Source of the DNA: Alphaproteobacteria bacterium
GTDB lineage: Bacteria; Pseudomonadota; Alphaproteobacteria; Micavibrionales; UBA2020
NCBI GenBank assembly: GCA_016124645.1
Contig: WGNE01000019.1
Coordinates: forward strand, 25,699 to 89,698
Direction of reading: 5' to 3'
DNA: 64,000 bases
The notes beneath the pieces are model-generated. The model saw nothing but the letters and a program-made list of their open reading frames with translations, did not search any database and was not told where the DNA came from. Both the position numbers and the translations under genes were made by a program. Within the stretch, counting starts at the first letter, position 1, and each line of letters opens with the position of its first letter. Shown here one piece after another: positions 1 to 7,439 of this stretch.

Positions 1-878
1 AGCACGAAGGCGCCCTTCGTGGTATAGACGATGAGGATCGCGTGCGGCAGGTTCTTGACCTTGTCCTGCACGATGGCGATGCGCATGTTTTCCGCCGAAA
101 AGCCCAGCGCGCGCAGCGAGGCGTATTTGGCGATGGCGTAATCCTCGCAGTCGCCGCCGCGCTTCAGGAACTCGATGGGCGTCGCCCAGTAGTCCGACTT
201 GCGGTAGTTGGCGCTGTCCTCGACGTAGTGCACGCTGTTGATGTAATCGTTCACGCCCTCGATCTGCTCCATCATCGTGCGGCCCTTCAGCAGCTCGAGA
301 TGCGCCTTCCACGCCTGCACGACGGGCGAATGGCCCTGCGTTTGCATCTGCGCGTCGAAGCGCGTCATGACCGAGGTCCATTTGGTGAAGACCGAGATAT
401 TGTTGGATTTCACTTCGAGCGAGCCGAAGAGGCGGGGGTAGCTGACCCCCGGGTTGACGGTGCGCACGGCCGCCGGCGAAAAGGCCGAGGCCAGCCTGAC
501 CTGGTGCCCGCCGTCCGCCGCGCGGGCGACGGAGGGGCTCATGACCTGCATCATCAGCGCGACGCCGGCGGTGGAGGCCTTGATGCACCACTGCTCGGCC
601 AATTTGCGGTAAAGCTGCACGGCGGTCAGCGAGCCCTGCTGCATCAGGATCCTGCCCAGCTGTTCGCCGGTTTCCTTTTGCTTGAGCAGCGCGTCCTTCA
701 GTTCCTTGCGCGAAATCGCGCCACTGACGACCAGCAGGTCGCCCAGCTTGTAGCTCTTCATTTTATGGCTGACGGCGCGCAGGAAGCTGCGCTGCAGCGG
801 GGCTTTGCCGTCGAAAGGGGCGGCATCCGCCTGCGCTGATTCTGCTCTGCCCTCTTTTGCTATCATTTTGTTCGACAT
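1..878 (-). CDS. Transglutaminase-like cysteine peptidase (BTLCP / LapG family) with an N-terminal T2SS-E-N / MshEN-like domain. The C-terminus runs off the window.
   Basis: Absent from the ORF track because there is no stop in the window. Hand translation of the reverse strand from ATG (876-878) gives MSNKMIAKEGRAESAQADAAPFDGKAPLQRSFLRAVSHKMKSYKLGDLLVVSGAISRKELKDALLKQKETGEQLGRILMQQGSLTAVQLYRKLAEQWCIKASTAGVALMMQVM... It continues to the BTLCP signatures ...SDYWATPIEFLKRGGDCEDYAIAKYASLRALGF...LPHAILIVYTTKGAFV. The plus-strand ORF 42-839 is its antisense shadow. Confidence 0.75.
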   Translation of the reverse strand, partial: MSNKMIAKEGRAESAQADAAPFDGKAPLQRSFLRAVSHKMKSYKLGDLLVVSGAISRKELKDALLKQKETGEQLGRILMQQGSLTAVQLYRKLAEQWCIKASTAGVALMMQVMSPSVARAADGGHQVRLASAFSPAAVRTVNPGVSYPRLFGSLEVKSNNISVFTKWTSVMTRFDAQMQTQGHSPVVQAWKAHLELLKGRTMMEQIEGVNDYINSVHYVEDSANYRKSDYWATPIEFLKRGGDCEDYAIAKYASLRALGFSAENMRIAIVQDKVKNLPHAILIVYTTKGAFV

Positions 879-1009
879 AGGTTTTTTACCCTTTTTCACC
901 CGGCTTGGCCGCTTGTTCCGACAGCTCCAATTATTATGCATAAGCATTAACAAATCGTGAAATATGGGAAGGAATCCGACATTTTCCGGCTTGATAGTCC
1001 TTATGTAAT

Positions 1010-2545
1010 ATGTTAGACAGGGAGGCTCAAAACGCCACACCACCGCCCACAAAGCCAAGAGATTCCCAAATGGTTGAAAATTCAGCACTTTTCGAAGACC
1101 TGCGCCGACTGCAAGGCGCGCGGGTGCTCTGCATCGGTGACGTCATGCTGGACCGCTTCGTCTATGGCGCGGTGGACCGCATCTCGCCCGAGGCGCCGAT
1201 TCCGGTGCTGCTGGTCAAGCACGAGAAGCACATGCTGGGCGGGGCGGGCAACGTGGTCGCCAATATCGCCGCCCTGGGCGCGAAGGCCGAGCTGGTCGCC
1301 GTGACGGGCGACGACATGGCCGGGCGCGAGGTCGCGCAGCAGCTCGAACAGCTGGGCATCGCCGCCTCCCTCGAAAAGGACGCTTCGCGCGCGACCATCG
1401 TGAAAAGCCGCTTCATTTCCGCCAGCCAGCAGATCTTGCGCGTGGACCGCGAAAAAGCCGAAGCGGTCTCCAAGGACGTCGAGGACCGCGTGGCGGCCCG
1501 CGTCGAAGCCGCGCTGCCGGGTTGCGGCGCCATTATATTGTCGGATTACAAGAAAGGCCTGCTGACCGATACGCTGGTCCGCCGCGTCATCGAGATGGCG
1601 CGGGCGGCGGATGTGCCCGTCATCGTCGATCCCAAGGGGCAGGATTTCGCGCGCTACCGCGGCGCTTCGGCCATCACCCCCAACCGCAAGGAACTCGAAG
1701 CCGCCAGCGGCATGAGCGTTGGCAGCGACGACGCGGCGCGCGCGGCGGCCATGAAGATCGTCATCGAGTGCAGCATTCCCGCCGTGCTGGCGACGCGCAG
1801 CCAGGACGGCATGTCGCTCGTCACCCTGAACGACGCGCCCGCGCATATCCCCGCCAACGTGCGCGAGGTCTATGACGTTTCCGGCGCGGGCGATACCGTC
1901 ATCGCCACCTTCGCCTCCGCCGTCGCGGTGGGCGCGACGATGCGCAACGCCGCCCTGCTGGCCAATATCGCCGCGGGCATCGTGGTCGGCAAGTCCGGCA
2001 CCGCCACCGCAAGGCCCGAGGAAATCGAGCAGGCGCTGGATACCGGCTACGCCGTCGAAAAACAGGATTACCGCCGCAAGTCCAAAAGCGTGACCAAGCA
2101 GGCCGCCGCCGAGCGCGCCGACGCATGGCGCGCGCGCGGCTTCACCGTCGGCTTCACCAACGGCTGCTTCGACCTTCTGCACCCCGGCCATATCGCCACG
2201 CTGCGTCAGGCGAAGGCGGCCTGCGACTACCTCGTCGTCGGCGTCAACAGCGATGCTTCGGTCAAGCGGCTGAAGGGGCCCGAACGCCCCGTGCAGGATG
2301 AAACCGCAAGGGCCGCCGTGCTCTCGGCCATGGAAATGGTCGATCTCGTCGTCGTCTTCGAGGAAGACACGCCCATGGCCCTGCTGGAAGCCATCCGCCC
2401 CGAGGTGCTGGTCAAGGGCGGCCAGTACAAGCTGGAAGAAGTCGTCGGCTACGAGCTGGTCACGTCATATGGCGGCAGGATCGTCCGCGCCGAGATGGAA
2501 GACGGCTTTTCCACCACCAACACCATCGCGAAAATGGCGGGCTGA
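1010..2545 (+). CDS. hldE: Bifunctional D-beta-D-heptose 7-phosphate kinase / D-beta-D-heptose 1-phosphate adenylyltransferase
   Basis: 511 aa. The N-terminal half is a ribokinase-like sugar kinase (VLCIGDVMLDRFVYG, DVSGAGDTVIA). The C-terminal half is a cytidylyltransferase (GFTNGCFDLLHPGH). The start is uncertain: the alternative is ATG at 1070. Confidence 0.9.
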   Translation: MLDREAQNATPPPTKPRDSQMVENSALFEDLRRLQGARVLCIGDVMLDRFVYGAVDRISPEAPIPVLLVKHEKHMLGGAGNVVANIAALGAKAELVAVTGDDMAGREVAQQLEQLGIAASLEKDASRATIVKSRFISASQQILRVDREKAEAVSKDVEDRVAARVEAALPGCGAIILSDYKKGLLTDTLVRRVIEMARAADVPVIVDPKGQDFARYRGASAITPNRKELEAASGMSVGSDDAARAAAMKIVIECSIPAVLATRSQDGMSLVTLNDAPAHIPANVREVYDVSGAGDTVIATFASAVAVGATMRNAALLANIAAGIVVGKSGTATARPEEIEQALDTGYAVEKQDYRRKSKSVTKQAAAERADAWRARGFTVGFTNGCFDLLHPGHIATLRQAKAACDYLVVGVNSDASVKRLKGPERPVQDETARAAVLSAMEMVDLVVVFEEDTPMALLEAIRPEVLVKGGQYKLEEVVGYELVTSYGGRIVRAEMEDGFSTTNTIAKMAG

Positions 2546-3450
2546 TGCCGGGCGGAAAGAAACCGCCGGCAAAAAAAGACAACGCCGTCTTCCGGCTCGA
2601 CATGCCGCAGGGCCCCGCCCTTTGCATCATCGCCGACAGCCCGCACAGCGGCACGGTCTATCCCGGTGATTTCGGCTATGCCTGCGATCTGCACGAGCTG
2701 CGCAAGGCGGAAGACAGCCATGTGGACAAGCTTTACGATTTCCTGCCCTCGCTCGGCATCCCGTTTTTGCAGGCGAAGGTCGCGCGGTCATACGTCGATA
2801 CCAACCGGCGCGACCGGATAACCGCGCGCTATAAAAAAGACGGCGACGGGCCTTACGTTCCCGCGCAGATGGGCATCCTGCGCGACAAATGCACCCCGCG
2901 TTCGGAGCAGCAGGTCTATGACCGCCCGCTGCGCCTGAAGGAAGTCTTCAACCGCGTCGCGCGCTATCACAAACCCTATCACACAAGATTGAAGAAGCTG
3001 GCCAACGCCACGCGCGACGCGCAGGGGCGGGTGGTGCATCTCAACTGCCATTCCATGCCCTCCCGCCTGCGCAAGGGCACGGTCGAAAACCCCCATGACG
3101 TCATCCTCGGCACGCGCGGCGGCACGACCTGCGCGCCTGAAATGACGCAAAAGCTGAAAGAGCTCTTCGCGCAAAAGGGCTACCGCGTGGGCATCGACGT
3201 GCCGGGCTTTTCAGGCGCGGAGATCGTGCGCCGCAACGGAAACCCGAAAGAGCGCCGCCACAGCATCCAGATCGAGCTCAACCGCAAGCTCTACATGGAC
3301 GAGGAAACGCTGGACCTGCTGCCCGAAGCACAAAAATTGAAAGCGGATTTGAAGGACATCGTCGCGGATTTCGCGCAGTGGTGCGAGGGCAACATACCCG
3401 CCGCGCAAAATTCCCCCGCATCGAAAGCGCAGAAGCCGCCAGCGCCATAA
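2545..3450 (+). CDS. N-formylglutamate amidohydrolase (FGase) family protein
   Basis: 301 aa with family-like motifs ADSPHSGTVYP, ARSYVDTNR and HLNCHSMP. Its ATG overlaps the hldE stop (TGATG at 2543-2547). Confidence 0.7.
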   Translation: MPGGKKPPAKKDNAVFRLDMPQGPALCIIADSPHSGTVYPGDFGYACDLHELRKAEDSHVDKLYDFLPSLGIPFLQAKVARSYVDTNRRDRITARYKKDGDGPYVPAQMGILRDKCTPRSEQQVYDRPLRLKEVFNRVARYHKPYHTRLKKLANATRDAQGRVVHLNCHSMPSRLRKGTVENPHDVILGTRGGTTCAPEMTQKLKELFAQKGYRVGIDVPGFSGAEIVRRNGNPKERRHSIQIELNRKLYMDEETLDLLPEAQKLKADLKDIVADFAQWCEGNIPAAQNSPASKAQKPPAP

Positions 3451-3458
3451 CTTTCTTT

Positions 3459-3486
3459 TCGTCATGCCCGCGAAAGCGGGCATCCA
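3459..3486. repeat. REP-like GC-rich hairpin element, family A, copy 1
   Basis: Sequence tcgtcATGCCCGCgaaaGCGGGCATcca: an 8-bp stem with a GAAA loop. It lies in the 100-bp gap between convergent genes. Confidence 0.6.
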
Positions 3487-3513
3487 TGCCGCCGCACAAG
3501 CTGATATGCCGTC

Positions 3514-3541
3514 TGGATTCCCGCTTTCGCGGGAATGACGA
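3514..3541. repeat. REP-like GC-rich hairpin element, family A, copy 2 (inverted relative to copy 1)
   Basis: Sequence tggATTCCCGCtttcGCGGGAATgacga. Its reverse complement differs from copy 1 at only 2 positions. Confidence 0.6.
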
Positions 3542-3550
3542 TACAGAGGG

Positions 3551-3985
3551 TTACCGCCCGCGCCGCCTGACCTGCAGGGGCTGCTTGAAAATGGCGAGGG
3601 GCTTTTTCACGGAAAGATCGGCCAGTTCCGCGTCCAGCTGTTTTTTCGCCGCTTCGGTCAAAATCTTTATTGCCGGTTTCTGTTTTTTCGCGCGGGCGTG
3701 GTCGAGCGCGGTCTTGCCCGCGTTGTCGCGGTCGTGCAGCTTCGCGCCGCGCGCGACGAGTTCGGTGACCAGCCGGTGGCGGCAGTGGTAGGAAGCCCAC
3801 ATCAGGGGCGTCATGCCCTCCCCGTCGCGGGCGTCCAGCGGCGCCCCTTGTTCCAGCAGGGCCATCACGCGGGCTTCCAGCCCGGCGTTGCCGCTCGCGC
3901 CGTTGCGCGGCGTGCCGAGCTCCTTCAGCAATTCGCGGCCCAGCGGGTCTTCGGCCATCTGGTTGAAATCGTCCTTTACCGTCAT
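3551..3985 (-). CDS. Ankyrin-repeat protein
   Basis: 144 aa. ANK consensus stretches: GMTPLMWASYHCRHRLVTELVARGAKLHDRDNAGKTALDHA. Confidence 0.8.
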   Translation of the reverse strand: MTVKDDFNQMAEDPLGRELLKELGTPRNGASGNAGLEARVMALLEQGAPLDARDGEGMTPLMWASYHCRHRLVTELVARGAKLHDRDNAGKTALDHARAKKQKPAIKILTEAAKKQLDAELADLSVKKPLAIFKQPLQVRRRGR

Positions 3986-4031
3986 GGGGGTATTATATCA
4001 CCCGCGGGCAAAGGAACGGTTAACGGGGAAA

Positions 4032-4790
4032 TCAGCGGTTATAGCCGGACCGCCGCGGCGCGGGGGCCGTTTCCTTGGGCGCGGCCTGCGCGTCCGGTTC
4101 TTTCTGGCCGTTCTTGTACTTGTTGATCTCGTCTTCCAGCTCGTCTTGCTCCTGGCAGTCCATCGCGCCGCAGACCATGCGGATGACCTGCAATTGCTCG
4201 AGCGCGCGCGAAAGGTCGCCGCCGCGCAGGAAGAGGGAGGCGAGGTAGCGGTTCGCGCCCAGGTGCCGGGGGTCGATGAGCAGGGCGCGGCGGTAGTCGC
4301 GCTCCGCGCTTTTCAGGTCGCCCAGCTTCTCGTAGGCGTAGCCGCGATAGGCGAAAGCGTCCGCGTCGTCCGGGTGGCGGGCCAGCACGCCTTTCAGCAC
4401 GCTCAAGGCCTCGGCGTATTTGCCGACGGCGAGGTAATATTCGGCGGAGGTGAGCCCTTCGTCGGTGCGGAAGGGCACGTCCGCCTTCTTGGGCAGCACG
4501 GGCGCGTCCGGCGTGGCGGCCGCGCTTCCCGCATGGCCGCCGGGGTAGGCGGCGGGCGGCTTGTAGTTATAGTGATAGGAATGCGCCTCTTCCTGTCCGG
4601 CGGGATCTTGCATGCCCTGCATTTCCGTCGGTGGGGTGTAGTGGTAGGAATGCGTGCCGTCCTCGTTCTGCGCGCGGGCGGGCGCGGGGGCGAGCGTCAG
4701 GGCAAGCAGGCAAAACGCCAGCAGCGTGACGGCGGCCAGAAAAGGGCCGGTGATCTTGCAGGAGGCCGGACGGGACGTGACGCGTGGCAT
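4032..4790 (-). CDS. Secreted TPR-repeat protein
   Basis: I place the start at ATG 4790 (MPRVTSRPASCKITGPFLAAVTLLAFCLLALTLAPAPARA, a signal-like N-terminus). The longer track ORF would overlap acyP. TPR-like repeats include YYLAVGKYAEALSVLKGVLARHPDDADAFAYRGYAYEKLGDLKSAERDYRRALLIDP. A HSYHY motif occurs twice near the N-terminus. Confidence 0.7.
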   Translation of the reverse strand: MPRVTSRPASCKITGPFLAAVTLLAFCLLALTLAPAPARAQNEDGTHSYHYTPPTEMQGMQDPAGQEEAHSYHYNYKPPAAYPGGHAGSAAATPDAPVLPKKADVPFRTDEGLTSAEYYLAVGKYAEALSVLKGVLARHPDDADAFAYRGYAYEKLGDLKSAERDYRRALLIDPRHLGANRYLASLFLRGGDLSRALEQLQVIRMVCGAMDCQEQDELEDEINKYKNGQKEPDAQAAPKETAPAPRRSGYNR

Positions 4791-4815
4791 GACGGGGGGT
4801 TCCTGTTCTTGAAAA

Positions 4816-5142
4816 CTAGACGGTGCTTTCGATGCGAAAGCTTTCCAGCCCGTCGTACTCTGCGGGTTCGCTGTGCACTTTGTCAACCCGCGCCATCATC
4901 GGCCCGTGGCGGCAGGCGCGCAGGAGGTCATCGACCGCATGGGCCTCCCCGTGCAGCAAGGCCTCCACGCTGCCGTCGGCGCGGTTGCGCACCCAGCCGT
5001 GGATCTCGCGCTCCAGCGCCTCGCCCTGCAGCCAGCGGCGATAGCTCACCCCCTGCACGAAGCCGTGGACGAAGACGCGCACGGTCTCGCGCGGCGCGGC
5101 GGCGGCGGTGGCGTCCTGGTTATCGGATGTCGTCGTGTTCAT
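4816..5142 (-). CDS. acyP: Acylphosphatase
   Basis: 108 aa with the acylphosphatase signature VRVFVHGFVQGVSYRRW...GWVRNRADGSVEALLHG. Confidence 0.85.
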   Translation of the reverse strand: MNTTTSDNQDATAAAAPRETVRVFVHGFVQGVSYRRWLQGEALEREIHGWVRNRADGSVEALLHGEAHAVDDLLRACRHGPMMARVDKVHSEPAEYDGLESFRIESTV

Positions 5143-5174
5143 GTCCCTACACCTCCTTCAAAAGGAGCGGTGCG

Positions 5175-6599
5175 TCACTGAACCGCCAGTATCAGGCAGT
5201 TCCCCTGCAATACGCGGCAGACGTAGGCGGCCTGCGCGCGGTCGAAACCGGCGAGGCGGGCGCGGTAAATCACGCCCCGGTTGGTCATCAGCGGCGCGAT
5301 GACGTAAACGCTGTTGTTGGAAAGATGGTCGGGCAGCTGCTCGCGCGCGTTGCGCAGCGCGAAAAGGCTGGCGTCATGGCTGGAAAAGGCGCCGACCTGC
5401 ACGGCCCATGTGCCGGCCGCCTGCTGCGCGCCGCGCGCCGCGTCCAGCATCCCGACGGGGGCGCGGTAGGCGGTGCGGATGCGCTTGGCCGGCATGATGC
5501 GGTTGGCGGCGATGGAATCGTCCTCGGCCGCGCCGTCGCCCTGTTCGTCCGCGGGCACGAGGCTCATGGCGTCAAACGGCGTTTCCCCCCGCGCGACCTG
5601 CGTTGCGGAAGCATCCGCCGTATCGGCGGCTGTCGCCACTTCGGCCACGGTCGCGGCGTGGCGCAGGCCGACGGGCGTCGCCACCGGCTTGTGGCGCGGC
5701 ACCGCGTCGTTGGCGGCAAGGCGCAGGTTGTTGGAAATCAGGCGGGCGATGCGCGGCTCGTTGATGCGCGCGAAGCCGGTATCCAGCAGGCGGGCCATGG
5801 TCTTGTTGCGGCTGGCGGCCGTCTTGCCGCCGAAGACCACGCCGATGATCCGGTGGCCGTTGCGGCGGGCGGAGGACACGAGGTTGTAGCCCGAGGCGTA
5901 GATATAGCCGGTCTTCATCCCGTCCGCGCCGGCATAGGTTTCCAGCAGCTTGTCGTGGTTGGGGTATTCGATGCCCGCATAGGTGAAGCTGGGCGTGCTG
6001 AAGTAATGGTAATAGCGCGGGAAGTCGCGGATGAGCGCCTGGGCCAGGTGCGCCATGTCGCGCGCGGTGGTGTATTGCGATTTGTCCGGCAGGCCCGAGG
6101 CGTTGCGGAAATGCGTGTGGCTCATGCCCAGCTGGCGCGCCTTGCGGTTCATCATGTCGGCGAAGGATTTTTCGCTGCCGTTCGCCAGCGACTCGCCCAG
6201 AACGACGGCGGCGTCATTCGCGGATTTGGTGACGAGAGCGAGGATCGCGTCTTCCGCGCGGATGGTATAGCCCGCCTTCAATCCGAGTTTGGAGGGCGAC
6301 TGGTATTGCGCATGGGTGGAAATGCTCAGGCGCTGGTTCTTGGTCAGGGTGCCGTTTTCCAGCGCCTCGAAGGTCAGGTAGAGCGTCATCAGCTTGGTGA
6401 GCGAAGCGGGGTAGCGGCGCGCATCGACGTTGTGGGACAAAAGAATGGTGCCGCTGGAGGCGTCCATGACCAGCTCGGCGGAACGGTCGGGGCGCGGTTT
6501 GTGGTAGCGGTGGCGCGCCTCGGCGCTGTTCACCGGCGCGACGGCGAAAAAAATCACGGCGGCCAGCAAGGTGGCCTTGAAGAAATTTTTCAATTTCAT
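5175..6599 (-). CDS. D-alanyl-D-alanine carboxypeptidase (PBP5/6, S11 family) with a C-terminal SPOR domain
   Basis: Start chosen at MKLKNFFKATLLAAVIFFAVAPVNSAEA (signal peptide, ATG 6599). Motifs: SxxK (ASLTKLMT), SxN (KSANDAA) and KTG (MKTGYI). The C-terminal region is SPOR-like (WAVQVGAFSSHDASLFAL...YRARLAGFDRAQAAYVCRVL). Confidence 0.85.
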   Translation of the reverse strand: MKLKNFFKATLLAAVIFFAVAPVNSAEARHRYHKPRPDRSAELVMDASSGTILLSHNVDARRYPASLTKLMTLYLTFEALENGTLTKNQRLSISTHAQYQSPSKLGLKAGYTIRAEDAILALVTKSANDAAVVLGESLANGSEKSFADMMNRKARQLGMSHTHFRNASGLPDKSQYTTARDMAHLAQALIRDFPRYYHYFSTPSFTYAGIEYPNHDKLLETYAGADGMKTGYIYASGYNLVSSARRNGHRIIGVVFGGKTAASRNKTMARLLDTGFARINEPRIARLISNNLRLAANDAVPRHKPVATPVGLRHAATVAEVATAADTADASATQVARGETPFDAMSLVPADEQGDGAAEDDSIAANRIMPAKRIRTAYRAPVGMLDAARGAQQAAGTWAVQVGAFSSHDASLFALRNAREQLPDHLSNNSVYVIAPLMTNRGVIYRARLAGFDRAQAAYVCRVLQGNCLILAVQ

Positions 6600-6724
6600 A
6601 TGCCTTTTCCGGTCGGTTTTTGGCTGGACATAATAAAAAACATCGACAGCTTCTTCTCCCCTCAGAAGAAAATCCCCCTCTAAATATGGTATTCTTACCG
6701 ATGGTGTTTGTCCAGCAAGCATTG

Positions 6725-6739
6725 TTAAATTTTCATTAA
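6725..6739. promoter_or_regulatory. CtrA-box-like motif TTAA-N7-TTAA
   Basis: Exact ttaaATTTTCAttaa in the AT-rich part of the 411-bp divergent dac/clpS intergenic region. A chance occurrence in AT-rich DNA is plausible. Confidence 0.25.
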
Positions 6740-7010
6740 AATTCAAGGCTAATTTTACAATCCCGCTTCGAAAAAACATAAAACGGGAGAGACGGCGCAA
6801 ACGCGGTGTCATCGTGCCGCGCTGCGAATTCAAGAGGATGCATGGGCAAGCGTCCGGCGGCGCGCTTGCCCGCGCTTGCGGACATGGAAGGGGGGTACCG
6901 CTCTTAACGGCAATGTACTATATTGAAAGAAGATATTTTGCGCGCGCGGATTTCGCGGGTTTCGCGGGCCGTTTTGCCCGCGCCGGGGTTTTCCGCCCGT
7001 TTTGGGGGAT

Positions 7011-7403
7011 ATGGTGACTCAACGCTTTGATATAAAAAGGATTTCAGGCGAATCTGCGCCCGTCACGGGCGGGGAAGGCGACGACGACCGGCGCCAGCCG
7101 CCCGGCCGCACCGACGTCGGCGTGCTCACCCGCACGCGCACGCGCACGAAAAAGCCCTCCATGTACCGCGTGCTTTTGCTCAACGACGATTTCACGCCGA
7201 TGGATTTCGTCGTCCACGTGCTGGAAAAATTCTTCGCCAAGAACCGGCAGGAGGCGACGGAGATCATGCTCAACGTCCACCGCCGCGGCGTGGGCGTCTG
7301 CGGCGTCTTCACCTACGAGGTCGCGGAAACCAAGGTCAACATGGTCATGGACTACGCCCGCAAGAACGAACACCCGCTGCAATGCACGATGGAAAAGGAA
7401 TAG
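7011..7403 (+). CDS. clpS: ATP-dependent Clp protease adaptor ClpS
   Basis: Core sequence [24 protein letters not shown]...[27 protein letters not shown]. The start is either ATG 7011 or TTG 7002. Confidence 0.9.
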   Translation: MVTQRFDIKRISGESAPVTGGEGDDDRRQPPGRTDVGVLTRTRTRTKKPSMYRVLLLNDDFTPMDFVVHVLEKFFAKNRQEATEIMLNVHRRGVGVCGVFTYEVAETKVNMVMDYARKNEHPLQCTMEKE

Positions 7404-7439
7404 CGCGAAACGCGCAGGAAAAGGAATAAGGGAAGCCGC

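Noticed and set aside
42-839. 265-aa plus-strand ORF at the left edge
   Set aside because: It has the Arg/Gly/Ala/His-rich shadow composition. It is antisense to a reverse-strand gene with clear MshEN and BTLCP signatures.
934-943. 10-bp palindrome TTATGCATAA in the BTLCP/hldE divergent region
   Set aside because: It is short, sits in AT-rich DNA, and has no second copy or recognisable regulator motif. I noted it only.
3813-6683. 956-aa plus-strand ORF
   Set aside because: It is an antisense shadow spanning four well-supported minus-strand genes (ankyrin, TPR, acyP, dac). It has the low-complexity Arg/Gly/Ala composition typical of high-GC off-frame ORFs.
6600-6833. N-terminal extension of the dac ORF (track start at 6833)
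   Set aside because: The extension lies in AT-rich DNA. A canonical signal peptide begins at the internal ATG (6599).
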